NCBI GenBank assembly: GCA_944326335.1
Contig: CALVDM010000011.1
Span: forward strand, 1,746-65,745
Reading direction: 5' to 3'
DNA length: 64,000 nt
Source of the DNA: an uncultured Bacteroidales bacterium
GTDB lineage: Bacteria > Bacteroidota > Bacteroidia > Bacteroidales > UBA932
Position numbers and translations under genes: made by a program. Each line of letters starts with the position of its first letter. The stretch's first letter is position 1. The notes below the pieces were generated by a model that did no database searches, was not told where the DNA came from, and was given only the letters and a program-made list of their open reading frames with translations. Below are positions 1 through 8,370 of this stretch, one piece after another.

Positions 1-62
1 ATCCGGACATGGAACAGAAGAAACGTTGCATCAGCAGAATGTTCAAATGTCTGGGAAAATGA
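1..62 (+). CDS. possible 3' end of an upstream gene (partial)
   Basis: Frame from position 3 is open (PDMEQKKRCISRMFKCLGK) to TGA at 60-62; too short to identify. Confidence 0.3.
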   Translation, partial: PDMEQKKRCISRMFKCLGK

Positions 63-64
63 AT

Positions 65-72
65 TATATTTG
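65..72 (+). promoter_or_regulatory. Bacteroidota sigma-A -7 box for purB
   Basis: TATATTTG matches TAnnTTTG, ~30 nt before the ATG. Confidence 0.6.
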
Positions 73-101
73 CCGGATAAAGAAAGTTTACACAGCTCGA
101 C

Positions 102-1442
102 ATGGACAATCATTCACTTTTGGCAGTCTCTCCGATTGACGGAAGATATGCACGCCAGACAGGCCCCCTGAAGGAATACTTCAGCGAATATGCACTGATA
201 CGGTACAGAATCAGGGTGGAAATCGAATACTTCATCGCCCTCTGCGGGATTCCGCTTCCGCAGCTCTCGGACTTCGACAACGCGGATTTCGGGAAACTGA
301 GGGACATTTACAGGAATTTCACTCCCGAGGAGGCCGCAAGGGTGAAGGAAATCGAAAAGGTCACCAACCACGACGTCAAGGCTGTGGAATACTTCATTAA
401 GGAGAAGTTCAAGGAGATGGGCATCATGAAATGGGGCGAATTCGTCCACTTCGGGCTCACATCCCAGGACATAAACAACACAGCCATACCGCTTTCAATC
501 AAGGAAGCCGCCGAAAACAGCTGGCTGCCTCTCCTCGAGGAGGTCCTCGGGACGATACGCGGCATGGCCGAAGAGTGGAAGGATGTCCCGATGCTGGCGA
601 AGACCCACGGGCAGCCGGCATCCCCGACCAGGATGGGAAAGGAGTTCAAGGTATTCCAGGCCCGCATCGAAGAACAGCTGAAGCAGTTCTCGGCACTCTC
701 CTACCCCGCAAAGTTCGGAGGGGCCACAGGCAACATGAACGCCCACAAGGTAGCCTACCCGGACATCGACTGGCCCGCCTTCGCGGACAGGTTCGTCAGC
801 TCGCTCGGTCTCAGGAGGTCGTCACCGACCACACAGATTGAGCACTATGACAACCTGGCTGCCATCTTCGACAACATGAGAAGGATAAACACCATACTCA
901 TTGACATGTCCCGCGACATCTGGACATACATATCGATGGAATACTTCAAGCAGAAGGTGAACAGGAACGAGGTCGGATCCTCCGCAATGCCGCACAAGGT
1001 GAACCCTATCGACTTCGAGAATGCCGAAGGGAATCTCGGCATGGCAGATGCAGTCCTCACCTTCCTGTCGATGAAACTCCCCATATCAAGGCTTCAGCGC
1101 GACCTCACTGACTCGACAGTCCTGAGGAACGTCGGAGTCCCGTTCGCACACGGGGCCATAGCGCTGAACTCCCTGAAAAAGGGGCTCGGCAAACTCATAT
1201 TGAACAGGGAAGCCATCGCCGCAGACCTTGAAAGGAACTGGGCCGTTGTTGCCGAAGGCATCCAGACCATACTCAGAAGAGAGAACTACCCTAATCCTTA
1301 CGAGACGCTGAAGGCACTGACAAGGACAGGCTCCGGCATCAACCACAAGACGATATCCGACTTCATCGACGGACTCGACGTGAGCAGCGAGGTGAAAGAG
1401 GAACTGAGGGCGATAACACCGGAGACATACACCGGATTCTGA
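102..1442 (+). CDS. purB: adenylosuccinate lyase
   Basis: SPIDGRY, TNHDVKAVEY, THGQPA and the fumarate-lyase signature GSSAMPHKVNP. Confidence 0.97.
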   Translation: MDNHSLLAVSPIDGRYARQTGPLKEYFSEYALIRYRIRVEIEYFIALCGIPLPQLSDFDNADFGKLRDIYRNFTPEEAARVKEIEKVTNHDVKAVEYFIKEKFKEMGIMKWGEFVHFGLTSQDINNTAIPLSIKEAAENSWLPLLEEVLGTIRGMAEEWKDVPMLAKTHGQPASPTRMGKEFKVFQARIEEQLKQFSALSYPAKFGGATGNMNAHKVAYPDIDWPAFADRFVSSLGLRRSSPTTQIEHYDNLAAIFDNMRRINTILIDMSRDIWTYISMEYFKQKVNRNEVGSSAMPHKVNPIDFENAEGNLGMADAVLTFLSMKLPISRLQRDLTDSTVLRNVGVPFAHGAIALNSLKKGLGKLILNREAIAADLERNWAVVAEGIQTILRRENYPNPYETLKALTRTGSGINHKTISDFIDGLDVSSEVKEELRAITPETYTGF

Positions 1443-1458
1443 TTCGGGGACGTGACTG

Positions 1459-1767
1459 TCACTTCTCCTCTATTATGTAGACATCTTCGCCGGGGGCAGC
1501 CAGATGGAACTGTTCCCTGGCGAATTTTTCGAGCGTGTCCCTGTCGGAAATCAGAAGGTCTATCCTCCTGTCGAGGTCCTCAAGCTCCTGACGGTATCCG
1601 GAAATCTGCTTTTCCTGCCTGGAGATTTCGACACGGGCCTCTATCCAGTTGAAAATGTTGCTTCCCGGCTTGAAGAGCACGAAAAGCACGAAAAAGGATG
1701 TGGCCACCACTGCGTAGGTGATGAAATTCCGCTGTTCGCCGTCAAAGAGATTCTTCAGTTTTTTCAT
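1459..1767 (-). CDS. septum formation initiator family protein (FtsB/DivIC-like)
   Basis: Start trimmed to ATG 1767; one TM helix, coiled coil, LEKFAREQFHL..PGEDVYII tail. Confidence 0.85.
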   Translation of the reverse strand: MKKLKNLFDGEQRNFITYAVVATSFFVLFVLFKPGSNIFNWIEARVEISRQEKQISGYRQELEDLDRRIDLLISDRDTLEKFAREQFHLAAPGEDVYIIEEK

Positions 1768-1868
1768 GAGACAAGGACAATTTTTCCGGTGGAAATTCCT
1801 GCACGAAAATACTTCATAAAATTTACATTTAAAAATTTCAAAACAGTTTCTTATTCTGTAAAAATGAC

Positions 1869-1876
1869 TAAATTTG
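1869..1876 (+). promoter_or_regulatory. -7 promoter box
   Basis: TAAATTTG ~40 nt upstream of ATG 1917 in an AT-rich spacer. Confidence 0.5.
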
Positions 1877-1916
1877 AAAAATGTGACTGAAAACATTCTA
1901 AATTATAACTGACATT

Positions 1917-2846
1917 ATGAAACCGACATTATTAGTTCTCGCTGCCGGCATGGGCAGCCGCTACGGAGGACTTAAACAGATGGATGGCCTCGGCCCCAAC
2001 GGAGAGACCATCATCGACTACTCCATTTTCGACGCCGTCAAATCCGGATTCGGGAAAATAGTGTACATCGTACGCGAGTATTTCCTCGAGGAATTCAAGG
2101 ATATGGTCTTCAAGAGATACCAGAATGTGAAATGCCCTGACGGGACTCCTCTCGAGTTCGATTTCGTGACCCAGGAGCTCGACAAAATCCCTGAAGGCTT
2201 CGTGCTGAACCCTGAAAGGGAGAAGCCTTGGGGCACCGCACATGCCGTGCTCATGGCAAAGGATGTCATCAAGGAGCCTTTTGCTGTCATAAACGGCGAT
2301 GACTACTACGGGAAGGATTCGTTCAGGATAATGGCAGACTGGCTTGTTGCCCACAGCGGCACGAAGGGAGAATACTGCCTCGTGGGATTCGAACTCGACA
2401 ACACACTTTCGGAATCCGGCGGAGTGTCCCGCGGACTCTGCACTGCTGACTCAAACCATTACCTGACCCATGTGGAGGAACACCACAACGTCGAAAAGAA
2501 TGCCGACGGGAAAGTGATGGCCGACAACAGCAAGGGAGAGAGGATAGAAGTGGACGGCAAGGCCCTCTGTTCCATGAACATGTGGGGATTCACACCGGAC
2601 TACTTCGAGAACAGCAAGGATGTGTTCGTGGAATTCCTGAAGGAGCACATCAACGAGCTGAAGACAGAGTTCTACATCCCGTATGCAGTGGACTACATGA
2701 TAAAGAACGGTCTGGCAAAGGTGGAGCTGCTGTCCACCCCTTCAAGATGGTTCGGCGTGACATACAAGCTCGACAGGCCTGGCGTGGTTGCGAAATTCCA
2801 GGAATTTGCAGAAAAGGGAATCTACCCAACGCCGCTCTATAAATAA
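1917..2846 (+). CDS. sugar-phosphate nucleotidyltransferase family protein
   Basis: LAAGMGSRYGGLKQ, KPWGTAHAV, INGDDYYG, SMNMWGF. Confidence 0.9.
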   Translation: MKPTLLVLAAGMGSRYGGLKQMDGLGPNGETIIDYSIFDAVKSGFGKIVYIVREYFLEEFKDMVFKRYQNVKCPDGTPLEFDFVTQELDKIPEGFVLNPEREKPWGTAHAVLMAKDVIKEPFAVINGDDYYGKDSFRIMADWLVAHSGTKGEYCLVGFELDNTLSESGGVSRGLCTADSNHYLTHVEEHHNVEKNADGKVMADNSKGERIEVDGKALCSMNMWGFTPDYFENSKDVFVEFLKEHINELKTEFYIPYAVDYMIKNGLAKVELLSTPSRWFGVTYKLDRPGVVAKFQEFAEKGIYPTPLYK

Positions 2847-2864
2847 TAATGTATCTGGAACATC

Positions 2865-2900
2865 GGGGTTGTGTCAAAATGAAAATTTCGATACAGCCCC
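2865..2900. repeat. REP-like palindrome, copy 1 (possible terminator)
   Basis: GGGGTTGTGTCAAAAT-GAAA-ATTTCGATACAGCCCC; homologous to 27581-27616. Confidence 0.7.
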
Positions 2901-2910
2901 TTTCAAGACC

Positions 2911-3816
2911 ATGAGTATCTTTTCACCTCAACGCAAAGTCAGGTCATCATACAACCTGCTGAAGGATTTCGAATACTATCTTCCGGACATCAAGGGGATG
3001 TTCATACTCCTTTTGCTGCTGCTCGCCGGAGCCCTGATAGGGAACTTCGTGGTGCTGGCATTCTCGGCCATACCGGGAGCGGAGGGTCTTGCCGATGAAT
3101 ACTCCCTCCTGCTGTCCTATCCCGTCATGTTCATACCGGCGATGATTTATGCCGTGAACAAGAGCCGTTTCAACCAGGGATTCGACATGGAGGAAGCCGT
3201 ACCTCTCGACCGGAACAATTTCGGGAAGACAGGATTCGCAGCCCTCGCGCTGATGTCGGTAGTGGTGACGCTGGCGGCCGGTTTCATCACAGACCCGATT
3301 TCAAAACTCCTTCCGCCGACTCCGGAGTGGTTCGAGAGACTGAATGAAAAGATGCTCACCGGCACACCTCTGGTCATCACACTCATTTCCGTGTCAGTCT
3401 TCGCCCCGCTGTTCGAGGAATGGCTCTGCAGAGGACTGGTGCTCAGAGGATTGCTCACAAGAATGAAGCCCTTATGGGCCATGGTCATATCATCGGCCTT
3501 CTTCGCCGTAATACACATGAACCCGTGGCAGGCGCTCCCTGCGTTCCTGCTCGGGATGCTGTTCGCCTATGTCTATTACAGGACAGCGTCCCTGAAGCTG
3601 ACAATGCTCATGCACTGCACAAACAACACGTTTGCTGCCCTGCTCGGCCAGAACGAGACATTCAGGGAGATGTCTTCCTACAGTGAACTGCTTTCAGGAT
3701 GGCAGTACGGAGTCGCCGTTGCTGCCGCAGTCTTCATAGTGACAGTCTTCGTCATGATACTTGCAAGGAACGTGTCACCTGCAGCGTTCGAGGAAATCCG
3801 CGGCGAGGGCAAGTGA
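2911..3816 (+). CDS. CPBP (Abi/CAAX) intramembrane glutamic endopeptidase
   Basis: EEWLCRG, FAVIH and MHCTNN motifs; multiple TM helices; start trimmed to ATG 2911. Confidence 0.9.
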   Translation: MSIFSPQRKVRSSYNLLKDFEYYLPDIKGMFILLLLLLAGALIGNFVVLAFSAIPGAEGLADEYSLLLSYPVMFIPAMIYAVNKSRFNQGFDMEEAVPLDRNNFGKTGFAALALMSVVVTLAAGFITDPISKLLPPTPEWFERLNEKMLTGTPLVITLISVSVFAPLFEEWLCRGLVLRGLLTRMKPLWAMVISSAFFAVIHMNPWQALPAFLLGMLFAYVYYRTASLKLTMLMHCTNNTFAALLGQNETFREMSSYSELLSGWQYGVAVAAAVFIVTVFVMILARNVSPAAFEEIRGEGK

Positions 3817-4515
3817 CTCCGGTTTCCCGACATCAAGAAGTTCGAGAGAGTCCGGGACGGAGCCGTAGACAGGGTATTTTCCGGCAGCCGCAAGGTAGAA
3901 ATCCATAATCGGGAATCTCTCCCCGAACCCTAATTCCCGGAAAAGGGCGAACACATTGTGTGACAGTATGTGTATCCCGGAAAACGCATACCGGTGATAT
4001 CTTGCCGCATCTATCCGGCCGAAAGGGCTGCGTATCTCGCCGGTCTTCCCGTTCATCCATCCGGCCAGCCTCATGTCATCGTCGAAAAGGAGGTAGCGCG
4101 AAGACTTCCTACGGCTCACCGCAAGTGTGGCAACGGCGTCCGGTCTCACCGAGCGTGAAAATTCCACGAGGTCGATGTCGGAAAGTATGTCCACGTTGTG
4201 CACGAGGAAATCCCCGCCCCCGAGCAGAGGGGCTGCGTGCCGAATCCCTCCCCCGGTGTCCAGTAGCATGGCCGACTCGTCGGATATTCTCACCGACACA
4301 CCAGGGATGGAGAAAGATGCGAGGAAATCCTCTATCATTCCCGCGAAATGATGCACATTCACCACGATGTCGGTGAATCCGGATGCAGCGAGCTTTTCCA
4401 GCACTATCTGCAGCAGAGGTTTCCCGCAGACCTTGACAAGAGCCTTTGGCATGCTGTCCGTGAGCGGTCTGAGCCTTGTACCGAGCCCCGCCGCAAAAAC
4501 CATCGCCTTTTCCAT
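3775..4515 (-). CDS. nucleotidyltransferase, MurU-like (MurNAc-alpha-1-P uridylyltransferase-like)
   Basis: AMVFAAGLGTRLRPLTDSMPKALV, LLDTGGGI, HNVDILS; ATG overlaps the upstream stop (TGATG). Confidence 0.85.
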   Translation of the reverse strand: MEKAMVFAAGLGTRLRPLTDSMPKALVKVCGKPLLQIVLEKLAASGFTDIVVNVHHFAGMIEDFLASFSIPGVSVRISDESAMLLDTGGGIRHAAPLLGGGDFLVHNVDILSDIDLVEFSRSVRPDAVATLAVSRRKSSRYLLFDDDMRLAGWMNGKTGEIRSPFGRIDAARYHRYAFSGIHILSHNVFALFRELGFGERFPIMDFYLAAAGKYPVYGSVPDSLELLDVGKPESLALAADFLERCR

Positions 4516-5951
4516 CAGAAATGCTTTACTATTCCACGTTCCCTGTGGACGAGTTCTATGCCTATATCGTACCTGCCGGCAAGATGCTCCGCAAGAGCTT
4601 CCGCGCAGTAGACGGAACGGTGCTGCCCGCCTGTGCACCCGAAAGAGAACATCAGGTCCGTGAAGCCGCGGCTGATATATCTCTCCACATGAGCGTCCGC
4701 AAGCGGGAACACGGAAGAAAGGAACAGGGCCGCCTCTCCCCTTTCCTCGAGAAACTTCTTCACCTCCGGGTCCAAGCCGGTCTTGTCCGCGTATTCGGGA
4801 TATTTGCCGGGATTGTGCATGCCCCTGCAGTCGAACACGTATCCGCCTCCGTTTCCTGAGGTGTCTTCCGGAATCCCCTTCCTGTATGAGAAACTGAAGA
4901 TACGGACCGTCAGCCCCGGGCCTGGCGCCTTCTCCACGAGGGTTGAAGGTTTTGCGAAACGCGGCATGTCCGCCATCCCGGAAAGGAGACCGGTCATGTA
5001 CGGGCACAGTCCGGACACGAGGGGGAGAAGCGACTTCAGGTTCGCCATCGCGTAAGGTATGCTTTCAAGGAAATGACGTTTCCTTTCGAATCCGCCACGG
5101 AAGCCGTAGGCCCCCAGCACCTGCAATGTCCTGAAGAACACGAAAAGCATGAGTCTCTGCCGGAACACGTCCCGGTCAATTTTCCGGAACTTCTCCAGCT
5201 CGCGCAGATACGTCTCCACGAGGTCCGCCTTCAGGTCTTCCGGGAAATCCGACCTCGCCTGCCACACGAACGAAGCGACGTCATAATAGACAGGGCCTTT
5301 CCTGCCGCCCTGGAAATCTATGAAATACGGCCGGGAGTCCTTTATCATGACATTCCGCGACTGGAAATCCCTGTACATGAACACCATGTCCGTCTCCTTC
5401 AGGAGTTCGGAGGCAAGAGCCTGGAAATCATCCTCGAGCTTCTCCTCGTCAAATTCCACTCCGGATGTCTTCAGGAAACAATACTTGAAATAGTTCAGGT
5501 CGAACATTACGGAACGCCTGTCGAAGGCCTGGCCGTGGAAGCATCCGGAGAAGTCCCAGCCTTCCGCACCCTTTATCTGTATCCGGGGAAGCCAGGCAAT
5601 GGTCTCGTGCAGCAGGGCTTTCTCTTCATCCGAATAGTGTCCGGACAGCCGCCCCGCAGATATCCTGTCGAAAAGACTCTCGTTTCCGAGGTCTTCCTGG
5701 AGGTAGCACATTCCGTCCGGACTTACGGCATACACCTCCGGCACATTTATGCCCTTCGACGCGAAATGCGCAGCCAGAGAGCAGAAAGTCTCGTTCTCGC
5801 CCACCACTGTCCCTTCCACGCCTATGCACGAGGAGTCCCCTGCGGCAAGGCGGTAGTATGTGCGGTTGCTGCCTGAAGACGTGAGTCTGACGACATGCTC
5901 AGGGGCAGCTCCGGCATGCTTGATGAACAGGTTTTCCAGTTCTTTTTTCAT
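4515..5951 (-). CDS. AmgK/APH-like phosphotransferase fused to a C-terminal RapZ-like domain
   Basis: GSNRTYYR, QEDLG, YRDFQSRNVM, IDFQG kinase motifs; C-terminal FSFSYRKGIP, FDCR..HNP, FGCTGGQHRSVY. Confidence 0.88.
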   Translation of the reverse strand: MKKELENLFIKHAGAAPEHVVRLTSSGSNRTYYRLAAGDSSCIGVEGTVVGENETFCSLAAHFASKGINVPEVYAVSPDGMCYLQEDLGNESLFDRISAGRLSGHYSDEEKALLHETIAWLPRIQIKGAEGWDFSGCFHGQAFDRRSVMFDLNYFKYCFLKTSGVEFDEEKLEDDFQALASELLKETDMVFMYRDFQSRNVMIKDSRPYFIDFQGGRKGPVYYDVASFVWQARSDFPEDLKADLVETYLRELEKFRKIDRDVFRQRLMLFVFFRTLQVLGAYGFRGGFERKRHFLESIPYAMANLKSLLPLVSGLCPYMTGLLSGMADMPRFAKPSTLVEKAPGPGLTVRIFSFSYRKGIPEDTSGNGGGYVFDCRGMHNPGKYPEYADKTGLDPEVKKFLEERGEAALFLSSVFPLADAHVERYISRGFTDLMFSFGCTGGQHRSVYCAEALAEHLAGRYDIGIELVHRERGIVKHF

Positions 5952-5973
5952 CCGGTCTCAAGTTTCTGTTTCC

Positions 5974-5981
5974 CAAAAATA
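5974..5981 (-). promoter_or_regulatory. -7 promoter box
   Basis: CAAAAATA on + reads TATTTTTG on -, ~22 nt before ATG 5951. Confidence 0.5.
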
Positions 5982-6087
5982 ATTCAATAATCAGGAATAC
6001 GGTCCGGTTTTTCCAAAAAAATTCTTCCGACAGTCTGTCCGGGATGAACTTTTTCCGGGATTTTACGCCTTGACAAAGGAAAAAGTG

Positions 6088-6095
6088 TACATTTG
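6088..6095 (+). promoter_or_regulatory. -7 promoter box for pncB-pncA
   Basis: TACATTTG 18 nt before ATG 6114. Confidence 0.55.
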
Positions 6096-6113
6096 CAGCA
6101 TATTCGACTGTAT

Positions 6114-7610
6114 ATGTTCAATAAAGTGACCAATAACGCCTATTGCTCGGACAAGTACCAGTACACAATGGGAAAGTCTTTCTACGACAACGGATTCAAG
6201 GACAAGACCGCGATATTCAACCTGTTCTACAGGAAGGCTCCCGAAAACAACAACTGGGCAGTCGTGAGCGGGGTGGACGAAGTGCTTGAGATGGTGGAGA
6301 ATCTCGGGGATGCTCCGGAAGGGTTCTTCGAGAAATTCCTGCCGGGCGAGGAATACGCCGGGTTCAGGAAGTATCTTTCAGGGATGAGGTTCACAGGGAA
6401 CATCTATGCCATGAGGGAAGGCGAGATTGTCTTCCCCAACCAGCCGGTAATCATTGTGGAGGGGCCGGTAATCGAGGCGCAGGTGCTCGAGACGCCCATG
6501 CTGTGCATAATGAATCACCAGATGGCTGTGGCCACCAAGGCTTCGAGGGTGTGCAGGGCCACCAACAAGCCGGTGAGCGAGTTCGGTTCGCGCCGGGCCC
6601 ACGGGCCCTGGGCCGCCGTGTACGGCGCCAAGGCGGCTATGATAGCCGGCTGCGCGAACACCTCCAACATCCAGACAGGCGCCATCTTCGGCTGCGACTC
6701 CACAGGCACGATGGCCCACAGCTACGTGACATCGTTCGGCTGCTCCGTGGCCGGGGAATACAAAGCCTTCGACTCCTACATCAAGACCCACAAGGGAGAG
6801 CCGCTGATACTGCTCGTGGACACCTACGACACGTTGAAATGCGGTGTACTGAATGCGATACGCGCATACAGGGACAACGGCATTGACGACAGCTACCCCC
6901 TTCCATACGGCATAAGGCTCGACAGCGGAGACCTCGCCTACCTGTCCACGGAGTGCCGGCACATCCTGGACGAGCACGGGCTCCGGGACTGCATGATATT
7001 CGCCACCAATTCCCTTGACGAATACATCATCTCCGACCTTGAGCGTCAGGGGGCATGCATAGACTCCTACGGTGTCGGAGACGCCATAGCCACGAGCAAG
7101 GCCAGCCCATGTTTCGGCAACGTCTACAAACTCGTACAGATAGACGGTGAGCCGGTCCTCAAAAGATCGGAAGACAAGGCCAAGCTCATCAACCCCGGGT
7201 TCCAGATAACATACAGGATAACCAGGACCGGAAGCGAGGACGGAGACATATTCAAGGCCGATGTCACATGCCTCCGCGGAGACGGGCTCTCAAGGAAGAT
7301 AGCCGCGAACGAGACTTTCACCATCTACGACGAATACGACAGATACAAGTTCAAGACCTTCGAGGCCGGCACATACACGGCTTCACCTCTCCAGGAGAAG
7401 GTCATGGAGGGCGGGAAAATCTGCGGTGCAAGACACAGCCTCGCCGAGAAGAAGGCATACTACAACAGGTGTCTCTCTCATTTCAGCCCGAGTGAAAGGC
7501 GTCTGATAAATCCGCATTACTACAAGGTGGACATCTCGGACGAGCTCTACGACCTGAAGATGGGCATAATAAACAAGCTTTCAAGAGAAATAAACGGATT
7601 TCACATATAG
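6114..7610 (+). CDS. pncB: nicotinate phosphoribosyltransferase
   Basis: DKYQYTM, EFGSRRAHG, GTMAHSYV, LVDTYD, GIRLDSGDL, YGVG, VYKLV. Confidence 0.93.
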   Translation: MFNKVTNNAYCSDKYQYTMGKSFYDNGFKDKTAIFNLFYRKAPENNNWAVVSGVDEVLEMVENLGDAPEGFFEKFLPGEEYAGFRKYLSGMRFTGNIYAMREGEIVFPNQPVIIVEGPVIEAQVLETPMLCIMNHQMAVATKASRVCRATNKPVSEFGSRRAHGPWAAVYGAKAAMIAGCANTSNIQTGAIFGCDSTGTMAHSYVTSFGCSVAGEYKAFDSYIKTHKGEPLILLVDTYDTLKCGVLNAIRAYRDNGIDDSYPLPYGIRLDSGDLAYLSTECRHILDEHGLRDCMIFATNSLDEYIISDLERQGACIDSYGVGDAIATSKASPCFGNVYKLVQIDGEPVLKRSEDKAKLINPGFQITYRITRTGSEDGDIFKADVTCLRGDGLSRKIAANETFTIYDEYDRYKFKTFEAGTYTASPLQEKVMEGGKICGARHSLAEKKAYYNRCLSHFSPSERRLINPHYYKVDISDELYDLKMGIINKLSREINGFHI

Positions 7611-7655
7611 GCCCCGGAATCCTCACCGGCATCCGGGCAAAAGCAGACACAGGAC

Positions 7656-8240
7656 ATGAAAGAGACGGCACTTATAGTAGTGGACATGCTCAACGACTTC
7701 ATAGACGGGTCCATGGCATGCATCAACGCGAAGGAGGCTGTAAAAGCGGCAGCGGCATTCATCGACAGCAGGACAGCGGACGACACCGATGAGGACGGGA
7801 TATCAGGTCAGTTCCCCGTCCTGTTCATCTGCGACCGCCATCCCGCAGACCACTGTTCATTCGCATCCAACGGAGGCCGGTGGCCCGGACACTGCATATC
7901 AGGCACAAGAGGCTGTGATATCCACGACATGCTCATGCCGTATGCATCGGAGGAGCTGACATTCTTCAAGGGCACGGAGAGGGACAGGGAACAATACTCC
8001 GGATGGCAGGCGGTGAACGAAGCCGGTCAGACTGTGGAGGAAGTCCTCGACCTGCTCGACATAAACGAAGTCTTCGTATGCGGGATTGCCACGGAATTCT
8101 GTGTCCGGTCCACTGCCGAAGACATGACGGCTGCCGGTAAAAAGGTTTGCCTTCTCGGTGACGCCCTCGCCTATGTGGACAAGGCCGGACATCTCAAGGC
8201 TCTCGACGAGATGCGTGCCGAAGGCATATCCCTAATATAA
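7656..8240 (+). CDS. pncA: nicotinamidase/pyrazinamidase (isochorismatase family)
   Basis: VDMLNDF, DRHPADH, WPGHC, FFKG, GIATEFCV; adjacent to pncB. Confidence 0.88.
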   Translation: MKETALIVVDMLNDFIDGSMACINAKEAVKAAAAFIDSRTADDTDEDGISGQFPVLFICDRHPADHCSFASNGGRWPGHCISGTRGCDIHDMLMPYASEELTFFKGTERDREQYSGWQAVNEAGQTVEEVLDLLDINEVFVCGIATEFCVRSTAEDMTAAGKKVCLLGDALAYVDKAGHLKALDEMRAEGISLI

Positions 8241-8294
8241 CGACAGTTCGACGAAATCTCCGGTCCATATACAATATTCTTCGGACAGACGTTA
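8238..8294. repeat. degenerate miniature inverted-repeat element
   Basis: TAACGACAGTTCGACGAAAT...ATTCTTCGGACAGACGTTA; arms resemble those at 17488-17547. Confidence 0.55.
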
Positions 8295-8352
8295 ATATAT
8301 TGAGCCACAAGTAGCTGATTTTTAAAAATTTTGATTTTTTAAAAATAATAGC

Positions 8353-8360
8353 TACCTTTG
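8353..8360 (+). promoter_or_regulatory. -7 promoter box
   Basis: TACCTTTG 10 nt before ATG 8371, implying a very short leader. Confidence 0.6.
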
Positions 8361-8370
8361 CCGGCTCGAT

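Noticed and set aside
2911-3816. Abi-named protein, NUDIX, TatD, dCMP deaminase or pncA/B as an antiphage system
   Set aside because: These are ordinary housekeeping homologues scattered among core genes, with no defence-type partners
3775-3816. Convergent gene overlaps (also 12138-12141 and 31777-31790)
   Set aside because: Short 3' overlaps are common in compact genomes, and there is no further signal
4516-5007. N-terminal extensions in the ORF track (MurU-like, ansA from 23689, pyrE from 20376, CPBP from 2788)
   Set aside because: They overlap neighbouring genes; family motifs begin at the downstream ATGs, and there is no sign of frameshift fusion
6070-6093. TTGACA as a sigma-70 -35 box, or an NrtR operator, before pncB
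   Set aside because: No properly spaced -10 box and no convincing operator palindrome; the TAnnTTTG box explains the promoter
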